Source: an uncultured Alphaproteobacteria bacterium | GTDB taxonomy: Bacteria; Pseudomonadota; Alphaproteobacteria; HIMB59; GCA-002718135 | NCBI GenBank assembly: GCA_902537325.1 | Contig: CACBAT010000002.1 | Location: 24,610-88,609, forward strand | Direction: 5' to 3' | DNA: 64,000 nucleotides | Shown here: in pieces, positions 9,060-17,065 of the stretch | How positions within the stretch are numbered: position 1 is the stretch's first letter | Layout of the letters: each line of letters begins with the position of its first letter | The notes under the pieces: model-generated | What the model saw: only the letters and a program-made list of their open reading frames with translations | The model's database searches: none | Told to the model about the DNA's origin: nothing | Translations under genes and position numbers: made by a program

Positions 9060-10222
9060 ACGTGAATACTAAAGATAAAAAGTTTAATTCTAAAGTAATT
9101 CATTCAGGTCATGGTGCTGATGAAACTACAGGTGCAGTAATGCCCCCTATACATCTTTCATCAACTTTTAAGCAAAATTCTCCTGGTGACTTTACTTATG
9201 AATATGCAAGAACAGGAAACCCGACAAGAGATATATTAGAAAAGTTATTAGTTGAATTGGAAGATGGTAAATTTGCTTATGCTTTTAGTTCAGGTATGGC
9301 TGCAATTTCTGCATTATCAGATGCTTTAGGTAAAAATTATTCAATTATTTGTAGCGATGATGTTTATGGTGGCACAAGAAGAATATTTGATAAAATTAAA
9401 ACAGTAAATCAAGATGTAGAAGTAACATATGCCGATCTTAGTAAAGAAAATAATTGGCAAGGTCATCTAAAAGAAAATACAAAAATGATTTGGGTTGAGA
9501 CACCCTCTAATCCATTACTAAAAATTATAGATATAAAAAAAATTAGAGAAAGCTTAAAAGATGATAATATCATTATAGTCTGTGATAATACTTTTGCATC
9601 ACCCTACAATCAGCAACCAATAAATAATGGGGCTGATGTTGTTATACATTCCTCAACCAAATATCTTGGAGGTCATTCAGATATAATTGGAGGTGCACTA
9701 ATTATAAATGATAATAAAATTTTAGCTGATAAAATTAAATATATCCAAAATGCAGTTGGTGCTGTTCCCAGCCCTTTCGATTGTTATTTACTTATTCGAT
9801 CAATTAAGACACTTGCTGTAAGAATGGAGAGGCACAATAATAATGCCTTAGAAATTGCTAATTATTTATTAAAACATCCTAAAATAAATAACGTTTTTTA
9901 TCCTGGATTAGAAAATAACCCAAGTTATGAAATTGCAAAAAAACAAATGACTGGATTTGGTGGAATATTATCAATTGAATTAATGGGCGATATTAATTCA
10001 GCAAAAAAATTTCTAGAAACAATTCAAATATTTACACTAGCAGAAAGTTTGGGTGGAGTTGAAAGTTTAATTGAGCATCCAGCTATAATGACACATGCAT
10101 CCATTGACAAAAAAATTAGAGATGAATTAGGAATTTCTGATACCCTAATCAGACTTTCAATTGGAATTGAAGATATTTCAGACTTAAAGAAGTCTTTAGA
10201 TGATGCTCTAAAAAATATTTAA
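9056..10222 (+). CDS. cystathionine gamma-lyase / gamma-synthase family PLP enzyme
   Basis: Cys/Met-metabolism PLP family: HSSTKYLGGHSD (PLP Lys), YARTGNPTR, AESLGGVESL. GTG start overlaps the upstream TGA. Confidence 0.85.
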   Translation: MNVNTKDKKFNSKVIHSGHGADETTGAVMPPIHLSSTFKQNSPGDFTYEYARTGNPTRDILEKLLVELEDGKFAYAFSSGMAAISALSDALGKNYSIICSDDVYGGTRRIFDKIKTVNQDVEVTYADLSKENNWQGHLKENTKMIWVETPSNPLLKIIDIKKIRESLKDDNIIIVCDNTFASPYNQQPINNGADVVIHSSTKYLGGHSDIIGGALIINDNKILADKIKYIQNAVGAVPSPFDCYLLIRSIKTLAVRMERHNNNALEIANYLLKHPKINNVFYPGLENNPSYEIAKKQMTGFGGILSIELMGDINSAKKFLETIQIFTLAESLGGVESLIEHPAIMTHASIDKKIRDELGISDTLIRLSIGIEDISDLKKSLDDALKNI

Positions 10223-10587
10223 ATTATTTTTTTCAAATCTGGAGGTGAATAATTAGGACCCTTCATAACTTTACCAAATTCATTATAAATTGGCTTACCT
10301 TCCTCTGAAAGTTTACTCATGTTACTACGATGAACTTCGTTAAAACATTTATCTAGGTCTATACCAAAAGCAGCACCCGCACCGTATGTTACAACTAAAA
10401 TATCAGTTAATGCATCAGCAACTTCAACAATATCATTATCATTAATTGCATCTTTTAATTCATTAAATTCTTCATCAATCAATTTTTTTCTTAATTCAAC
10501 AATTTTATTTTCTGGAAATTCAGCACTATTTTTTACTTCTTGACCAAAAGTTGTCATAAATTCTTTTACTTTTTCAAAATTTGTCAT
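10219..10587 (-). CDS. MazG-like all-alpha nucleoside triphosphate pyrophosphohydrolase
   Basis: LIDEEFNELKDAI and EVADALTDIL (ExxE...ExxD) metal-binding helices. The track start at 10599 is TTG; the ATG at 10587 is preceded by GGGAGA. Confidence 0.65.
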   Translation of the reverse strand: MTNFEKVKEFMTTFGQEVKNSAEFPENKIVELRKKLIDEEFNELKDAINDNDIVEVADALTDILVVTYGAGAAFGIDLDKCFNEVHRSNMSKLSEEGKPIYNEFGKVMKGPNYSPPDLKKII

Positions 10588-10605
10588 TTTATCTCCCAAT
10601 AATAT

Positions 10606-11634
10606 TTATTTATAAAAAATATCGTTGTAAGTCACAACTATAAAGAGAAAAGATATTATTGTTATCCCCACAGCCAAATAAACTCTTGTAATAAACTCAG
10701 GAAGAGAGTTCGAAAAAATTCTTCTAATAATAAAATACATTATATGACCACCATCTAAAAGAGGAATAGGAAGCAAATTAAATAAGCCTACAAATAAAGA
10801 AATTATTATAAATAAAAAAAGTACTCCCCTTACTTGATCAAGCATCATTTGATCTGCATTTTTTACAATTCCTATAGGTCCGGCTAACTGATCTCCTAAT
10901 GTATTTTCTTTATATGATTGTTGAAGAAAAGAAAAAGAGGCTACATAGTATGTCGGAATGAATAAAGAAGAATTTTTAATTGAATCAATTAAATTATATT
11001 TATCAATAATAGGATTTTGAGGTGAAGATATGCCAATAATATATCGATTTAATTCAGAATTAAATTTTAGATCAAAGTTTTTTTCAATTATCTGATTATT
11101 TCTTTCAATTAAAATATTAATACTTGGGTTATTGCCAATCGCTTTTGGTATATCAGAAAACTCTTCAATACTAATATTGTTTATCTCTAGTATTTTATCA
11201 CCTTCTCTAAGATCATTTTCAAAAGCAGATGAATTTTCACTGACTGATCCAATAATTGGCATTAAACTAACAATTCCAAAAAAGAAAAATATGCAGAATA
11301 GAGCGAACCATGCACTAAAAATATTAAAAACACTTCCTGCTAAAAGAACCAATATTTTTTGAAAAAGTGTAAGAGATTGAAAGGATCCCTCCTCATCATT
11401 AGAGTTTGGTGAAAATATATTATCAAGTCCTTTGATTTTTACATATCCACCTAATGGAATAGGAGATAATTTCCATGTAGTGCCATTTTTATCAGTAAAT
11501 TTTAAAAGTGGTTTGCCAAACCCAATTGAGAAATCAGTAACTTCAGCTTTAAAACATCTCGCAACTATATAATGTCCGTATTCATGGATTGCGACCAAGA
11601 CTAAAAAAACTAAAATAAGATTAATATAAATCAT
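10606..11634 (-). CDS. rseP: RIP metalloprotease RseP (site-2 protease, M50)
   Basis: HEYGHY zinc motif in TM1, central PDZ-like segment, NLLPIPLLDGGH second motif. Confidence 0.85.
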   Translation of the reverse strand: MIYINLILVFLVLVAIHEYGHYIVARCFKAEVTDFSIGFGKPLLKFTDKNGTTWKLSPIPLGGYVKIKGLDNIFSPNSNDEEGSFQSLTLFQKILVLLAGSVFNIFSAWFALFCIFFFFGIVSLMPIIGSVSENSSAFENDLREGDKILEINNISIEEFSDIPKAIGNNPSINILIERNNQIIEKNFDLKFNSELNRYIIGISSPQNPIIDKYNLIDSIKNSSLFIPTYYVASFSFLQQSYKENTLGDQLAGPIGIVKNADQMMLDQVRGVLFLFIIISLFVGLFNLLPIPLLDGGHIMYFIIRRIFSNSLPEFITRVYLAVGITIISFLFIVVTYNDIFYK

Positions 11635-11677
11635 AGTTGTTATTAAATTAGTGTTTTAATTTATTGATATATAGTAT

Positions 11678-14530
11678 TTATCCAGTTTTAGCCTCTTCGT
11701 ATTCATCTATTGGAGGACAAACACAAAATAAATTTCTATCTCCATATACATTATCAATTCTACTAACTGGACTCCAGTATTTATTATTAATTAAATAAGC
11801 ATGAGGGTAAGCAGCTTCTTTACGTGTATATTTATGATCCCAATTGTCAGAAGATACCTCTTCTATGGTATGTGGAGCATTTTTAATAGGATTATCTACT
11901 TTATCAAATTTACCATCTCTAATCATATTAATTTCATTATGAATAGAAATCATCGCTTCACAAAATCTATCTAGCTCCTCTTTTGATTCACTTTCAGTGG
12001 GCTCAATCATCAAAGTGCCTGGAACTGGAAAAGACATTGTGGGAGCATGAAATCCATAATCAATTAGTCTTTTAGCAATATCTTCATCTGAAATATTTAA
12101 TTCTTGTTTAAACGGCCTGATATCAATAATAAATTCATGTGCTACCATATTATTCTTACCAGTATATAAAATAGGGTAATAATTTTTTAATCTTTCTTTA
12201 ATATAATTAGCATTTAATATTGCTACTTGAGTTGCTAATTTTAAACCATCGTCACCCATCATAGAAATATAAGAATATGAAATAGGTAAAATAGATGCAC
12301 TGCCCCAAGGCGCTGCTGAAACTGCCTCCTGATTGGTTAAACCTATTTCATTTTTAAAAATAGGATGCCCAGGTGCAAAATCTGCTAAATGTTTTTTTAA
12401 TCCTATAGCCCCAACTCCAGGTCCACCTCCTCCATGAGGTATGCAAAATGTCTTATGGAGATTCATATGGCATACATCAGGTCCAAATTTACCTGGTTTA
12501 GCTACCCCAACCATTGCATTATAATTAGCGCCATCTAGATAAACTTGCCCACCAGCATCATGAATTTTTTTACAAATCTCAACAATACTTTCTTCGAATA
12601 CACCATGTGTTGATGGATAAGTAATCATTAAAGCAGACAGTCTATCACCTGCCTCTTCTATTTTTTTATCTAAGTGAGTTAAATCTACATTACCTTTGTC
12701 ATCACAGTTTACAATTAAAATATCCATACCGCACATCTGTGCACTGGCTGGATTAGTTCCATGAGCACTTTTAGGAATTATACAAATATTTCTTTTAGTA
12801 TCTGAATTTTTCTCATGATATTTTTGTATAGCTAATAAACCAGCAAACTCACCTTGTGCTCCTGCATTAGGTTGGAGTGAAACTGCATCAAAACCAGTAA
12901 TATCTTTTAACATCGATATTAATTCACTCATCATTTCATTATATCCCTCACGTTGATGGGGCTCTAAGAATGGATGCGCATTTGAAAAACCTGGTAAAGT
13001 AATTGGAAGCATTTCTGATGCTGCATTTAATTTCATAGTACAAGATCCAAGAGGTATCATTGATCTATTTAAAGCAACGTCTTTATTTTCTAATTTTTTT
13101 AAATATCTCATCATTTCTGTTTCAGAATGATAGATATTAAATACAGGATGAGTTAATATTTTGTCTTTTCTATCTAAATCACTTTTGAAAATCGAATCTT
13201 CAATTTTACTTTCAATTTCTTCTGCGTATATTTCATTATTGTTTTCATTAAAAAATTTAATTAAATTATCTACATCTTGTAGTGATGTAGTTTCATCTAA
13301 GGAAATAGAAAAATGATCATCATTTACAAATCTAAAATTTATACCATTGTCTATAGATTTATTTACCCAGTATTTAGATTTTGTATCTTTTATTAATAAG
13401 GTATCAAAATAATTTATTGATTTTACTTCAAAATTTAATATTTCTAATGATTTCTTTAGATATCTAGACTTATAATGAATGTCCTCAGCAATATTTTTTA
13501 ATCTAATTGGACCATGATATATTGCATATGAAGCAGATATAATTGCTAATAAGGCCTGTGCAGTACATATATTACTTGTAGCTTTTTCCCTTCTAATGTG
13601 TTGCTCACGCGTTTGAAGAGCCATTCTGTAAGATCTTTTATTATTTCGATCAACTGATACACCAATTAGTCTTCCAGGTATCATTCTTTTATATTCATCT
13701 AATGTTGCAAAATATGCTGCGTGTGGACCTCCTAGACCCATTGGAACTCCAAACCTTTGAGTACTTCCAATAACTATATCAGCTCCAAAATCTTTTGGTG
13801 ATTTCATAACTACCAAGCTCATTATATCTGCTGCTATGATTGATAACGCATCGTGAGATTTATTTATATTTATTAAATCGCTGAGATTAGCAATTTCTCC
13901 ATATGTATCTGGATTTTGAATTAAGCAACCAAATGTATCGTCATCTGGATTATCAAAAATAATTTTTATACCTAAGGGTTTAGCTCTTGTTTTTAAGACA
14001 GATAGTGTTTGTGGATGACATTTATTTTGCACACAAAAAGTAAACTTTGCACTTTTTTTAATTTTAAAAGCCATCATCATAGCCTCAGCTGCCGCAGTAC
14101 TTTCATCAAGTAAAGATGCATTTGCAATATCCATTCCAGTCAAATCAATTATCATTTGTTGAAAATTCATTAACATTTCCAACCTGCCCTGACTTACTTC
14201 TGGTTGATAAGGTGTGTAAGCAGTATACCATCCCGGATTTTCAAGAATATTTCTTAAAATAACGCTAGGAGTAATAGTATTATAATAACCCATTCCAATA
14301 TAAGTTTTTTTGAAATTATTTTTCAAAGATAAAAGTTGAGTATTAATTTTATTAAACTCCTCAGACATACCAGGTCTAAATTTAAGTTTATCTTTAAAAA
14401 TGATATGATTAGGTACAGTTTTTTCAATTAATTCATCTAATGAAGAGCAATTTATTAATTTGAGCATTTCTCCAATATCTTCATTTCTAGGCCCTATATG
14501 TCTGCTAACAAATTTATCTATTTCAATCAT
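11678..14530 (-). CDS. gcvP: glycine dehydrogenase (decarboxylating), single-chain P protein
   Basis: 950-aa protein with the full-length GcvP pattern, e.g. YTPYQPEVSQGRLE and HLNLHKTFCIPHGGGGPG (PLP Lys). Confidence 0.95.
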   Translation of the reverse strand: MIEIDKFVSRHIGPRNEDIGEMLKLINCSSLDELIEKTVPNHIIFKDKLKFRPGMSEEFNKINTQLLSLKNNFKKTYIGMGYYNTITPSVILRNILENPGWYTAYTPYQPEVSQGRLEMLMNFQQMIIDLTGMDIANASLLDESTAAAEAMMMAFKIKKSAKFTFCVQNKCHPQTLSVLKTRAKPLGIKIIFDNPDDDTFGCLIQNPDTYGEIANLSDLININKSHDALSIIAADIMSLVVMKSPKDFGADIVIGSTQRFGVPMGLGGPHAAYFATLDEYKRMIPGRLIGVSVDRNNKRSYRMALQTREQHIRREKATSNICTAQALLAIISASYAIYHGPIRLKNIAEDIHYKSRYLKKSLEILNFEVKSINYFDTLLIKDTKSKYWVNKSIDNGINFRFVNDDHFSISLDETTSLQDVDNLIKFFNENNNEIYAEEIESKIEDSIFKSDLDRKDKILTHPVFNIYHSETEMMRYLKKLENKDVALNRSMIPLGSCTMKLNAASEMLPITLPGFSNAHPFLEPHQREGYNEMMSELISMLKDITGFDAVSLQPNAGAQGEFAGLLAIQKYHEKNSDTKRNICIIPKSAHGTNPASAQMCGMDILIVNCDDKGNVDLTHLDKKIEEAGDRLSALMITYPSTHGVFEESIVEICKKIHDAGGQVYLDGANYNAMVGVAKPGKFGPDVCHMNLHKTFCIPHGGGGPGVGAIGLKKHLADFAPGHPIFKNEIGLTNQEAVSAAPWGSASILPISYSYISMMGDDGLKLATQVAILNANYIKERLKNYYPILYTGKNNMVAHEFIIDIRPFKQELNISDEDIAKRLIDYGFHAPTMSFPVPGTLMIEPTESESKEELDRFCEAMISIHNEINMIRDGKFDKVDNPIKNAPHTIEEVSSDNWDHKYTRKEAAYPHAYLINNKYWSPVSRIDNVYGDRNLFCVCPPIDEYEEAKTG

Positions 14531-14902
14531 CTATTGTTCCAAAAATTGTTTATACTCATCTTCTGACATAAGTTCAGAATATTGATTTGAATCAGAAATT
14601 TTCATTTTAAAAATCCATCCCTCGTTTTCTGCATCTTGATTAATAATAGCAGCGTCATTTTCTAAATTCTTATTAACTTCAATTATTTCACCATCAATTG
14701 GAGCATAAATATCAGAAGCTGCCTTTACAGATTCAACGACGCATATTTCATCTTTTGCTTTAACCGAGTTTCCAACTGATGGTAATTCAATAAATACAAT
14801 ATCGCCAAGAGATTCTTGGGCATGATTGCTAATACCAATTGTGGCAATTTCATTTTCAATTGAAACCCATTCATGATCTTTTGTGTATTTTTTTTCACTC
14901 AT
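14531..14902 (-). CDS. gcvH: glycine cleavage system H protein
   Basis: YTKDHEWV and lipoyl-lysine motif VESVKAASD. The ATG at 14902 is preceded by GGGAG; the track start at 14914 is an extension. Confidence 0.95.
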   Translation of the reverse strand: MSEKKYTKDHEWVSIENEIATIGISNHAQESLGDIVFIELPSVGNSVKAKDEICVVESVKAASDIYAPIDGEIIEVNKNLENDAAIINQDAENEGWIFKMKISDSNQYSELMSEDEYKQFLEQ

Positions 14903-16019
14903 ATACGCTCCCATTTTTTTTATAATTTTTTTTTACAAAAGGTAGATTGTTTATTTTTACTAATTCTAATTTTTTTCTAATTTCACAAAAAATTGGATTA
15001 TCAGTATTAAATTCAGATTTTATGTAACCGATAGCAATAGATTTGTTAAGATTAGGAGAGAAACATCCACTTGTAATTTTGCCAATTTCATTATTATTAT
15101 TATCGAATAACGTCATTCCATCTCTTAGCATTGATTTATTGGTTGAAATTAAACCTATTTTTTTATTAGATAATTTATTTTTTAATTGATCAGATAAAAT
15201 CTTATTTCCATTTAAATTTTTGTCTTCTAATCTTTCTTTATCTAGTGCCCATGATAAACCAGCTTCAATTGGAGTAATATTTTCATTTAATTCATGACCA
15301 TATAAACTTAATCCAGCCTCAAGCCTCAATGAATCTCTAGAACCTAAACCACAAAGCATTGTATTTTCATTTTTAAGTAAATCAGTAATTAAATTTTCTG
15401 CACTTTCATTTGGAATAGAAAGTTCAAAACCATCTTCACCAGTATAACCTGATCTACTTACTATTATTTCATTGCTATCGTATTTACTTATTAAAATATC
15501 AAAAAAATTCATATTATTTGGAATATCAATAATATTTTTTAAAACATTAATAGAGTCAGGTCCCTGAATCGCGAATAAACAATTTTTGTTATAAATTTTT
15601 TCTGCATTAGGAGCACAAGAAATAAATATTTCTTCGTCTTCTTTTTTTCGAGATGCATTATAAACAATATACAAATATGACTTATCTTTAATATCAATAT
15701 TTGAAATAATTAGATCATCAATAACACCTCCATCTTTATTGAGCAAAAATGAATAATGCGATCTATTTTTAATTAATTTTTTTAATTGTAATGGAATATA
15801 TTTTTCTAATTTATGTAAATACGTTTCATTATTTTCAATTAAAATTTGCCCCATATGACTAACATCAAAAATACCAGAGTGGTTTCTGACATTTTTGTGT
15901 TCATTAATTATTCCAGTTTTATAATTAATAGGCATGTTAAAACCTGCAAATGGCAATATCTTTGCACCATTATTTTGATGAAAATTTTTCAGCGGAATGT
16001 CTAATGGTAACTGGTTCAA
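14895..16019 (-). CDS. gcvT: aminomethyltransferase, glycine cleavage T protein
   Basis: NGAKILPFAGFNMPINY, GIFDVSHMG and SRSGYTGEDGFE motifs. Starts with TTG 7 nt after GGAG; the next in-frame Met would delete conserved N-terminal residues. Confidence 0.95.
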   Translation of the reverse strand: MNQLPLDIPLKNFHQNNGAKILPFAGFNMPINYKTGIINEHKNVRNHSGIFDVSHMGQILIENNETYLHKLEKYIPLQLKKLIKNRSHYSFLLNKDGGVIDDLIISNIDIKDKSYLYIVYNASRKKEDEEIFISCAPNAEKIYNKNCLFAIQGPDSINVLKNIIDIPNNMNFFDILISKYDSNEIIVSRSGYTGEDGFELSIPNESAENLITDLLKNENTMLCGLGSRDSLRLEAGLSLYGHELNENITPIEAGLSWALDKERLEDKNLNGNKILSDQLKNKLSNKKIGLISTNKSMLRDGMTLFDNNNNEIGKITSGCFSPNLNKSIAIGYIKSEFNTDNPIFCEIRKKLELVKINNLPFVKKNYKKNGSVYE

Positions 16020-16034
16020 ATAAATACTCCAAGC

Positions 16035-16180
16035 TACCCCTCTGTCTTTTTACCTGAGAGCTTTTCACCTTCGGTAGAGCTAAATGCTCTTTTCCAGAGT
16101 TTTTTTTTAACGGTCCATTGTGCCTGAGAGTTTCCGGGTCGTTGCTCCTTCGGCTCTGAAATTTCAGTATCTCCCGTTAA
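16035..16180 (-). promoter_or_regulatory. tandem glycine riboswitch (two aptamers) in the gcvT leader
   Basis: Minus strand aptamer 1: GGGAGA...GCCGAAGGAGCAA...CUCUCAGGCACAAUGGACCG. Aptamer 2: CUCUGGAAAAG...ACCGAAGGUGAAA...CUCUCAGGUAAAAAGACAGAG. Both match the glycine-aptamer core. Confidence 0.85.
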
Positions 16181-16212
16181 TTATTTTTATACTTATTTTT
16201 ATAATTTAACAA

Positions 16213-16785
16213 TTAATTTAAAGGAATTTTATTATCAATTTTTGATTTTTGATAAATTTGTGACATTTTTTGGTACTCTTCTTTGATCTGATATATTTTA
16301 TCTGATAATGAGCCCTCTATACCTAATCTTTTAATTTCCGATAAAATTGAGAAACTCTCCCAATAATCATTATTAATATTATATTTACCATCTTTGATTT
16401 TAAATACTTCTGTCAAAATTTTAAGATCGTGTGGAATATGAAAACCTTCTTTTGTATCGGTATAGGAAAAAAAATAGTAAAAATTGTCAAATCCAGCCCA
16501 GGTTATGGCTGATAAACACATAGAACAAGGCTGATGTGTACTTATGAAGTAATAATCTTTTGTATTAAACAGTTTTTTTTCAAATAAATTAAAAAGAGTT
16601 GAAATTTCTCCATGAAATAAAGGGTTTTTGATTTCCTGGTTTGTACCAAGACAAACAAGACTTAGGTCAGATTTTTTAACAATAAATCCACCAAATATTT
16701 TATTTCCTTCATTAATTGAAATTTTTGTTAATGGGATTAGATCATCTAAAATAATATCTAAGATTCTTTCATAATTTGTTATCAT
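16213..16785 (-). CDS. CMP/dCMP-type zinc deaminase family protein (guanine/nucleoside deaminase-like)
   Basis: Zinc-binding HGE (LFHGEISTL) and PCSMCLSAI (PCxxC) motifs of the cytidine deaminase-like fold. Confidence 0.75.
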   Translation of the reverse strand: MITNYERILDIILDDLIPLTKISINEGNKIFGGFIVKKSDLSLVCLGTNQEIKNPLFHGEISTLFNLFEKKLFNTKDYYFISTHQPCSMCLSAITWAGFDNFYYFFSYTDTKEGFHIPHDLKILTEVFKIKDGKYNINNDYWESFSILSEIKRLGIEGSLSDKIYQIKEEYQKMSQIYQKSKIDNKIPLN

Positions 16786-16829
16786 TATGAAATGTCTGAT
16801 ACTTTATTTATTAGATTTGTCCATCAAAC

Positions 16830-16860
16830 AAAAAAAAAGGACCCAGCAAGCTAGGTCCCT
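16830..16860 (-). terminator. intrinsic terminator inside the deaminase 5' leader (minus-strand specific)
   Basis: Minus strand GGACCUAG-CUUG-CUGGGUCC gives an 8-bp stem including one U-G wobble, followed by U9. On the plus strand the wobble becomes a C-A mismatch and only 4 U follow. Confidence 0.6.
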
Positions 16861-17065
16861 TTTGTGTATCGTGCATTTCCTCCCGATACAATTTAATAAT
16901 CGTTTCCTTTTATTAAATTGATTATCACCTTTGCGTGTAATAATTAAATATAATTTATCTATTTGTTATTTATCAATCAATAAAAAAATGTATTTTTAAA
17001 AGTAAATAATCTTTTTTTGTTGATATGTTTGTTAATAAAATGTGCAAAATTAAATTTGATTAAAA

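Noticed and set aside
16786-17065. I considered whether the structured gap is an SRP (4.5S) RNA, a purine riboswitch or a preQ1-I riboswitch.
   Set aside because: The apical loop is CUUG/CAAG, not the GGAA tetraloop with the AGCA symmetric loop of SRP domain IV. No ACCGUAAA-type purine-aptamer junction is present. The A-rich tail has no complement in the hairpin loop of the kind needed for a preQ1-I pseudoknot. It is kept only as an unclassified candidate.
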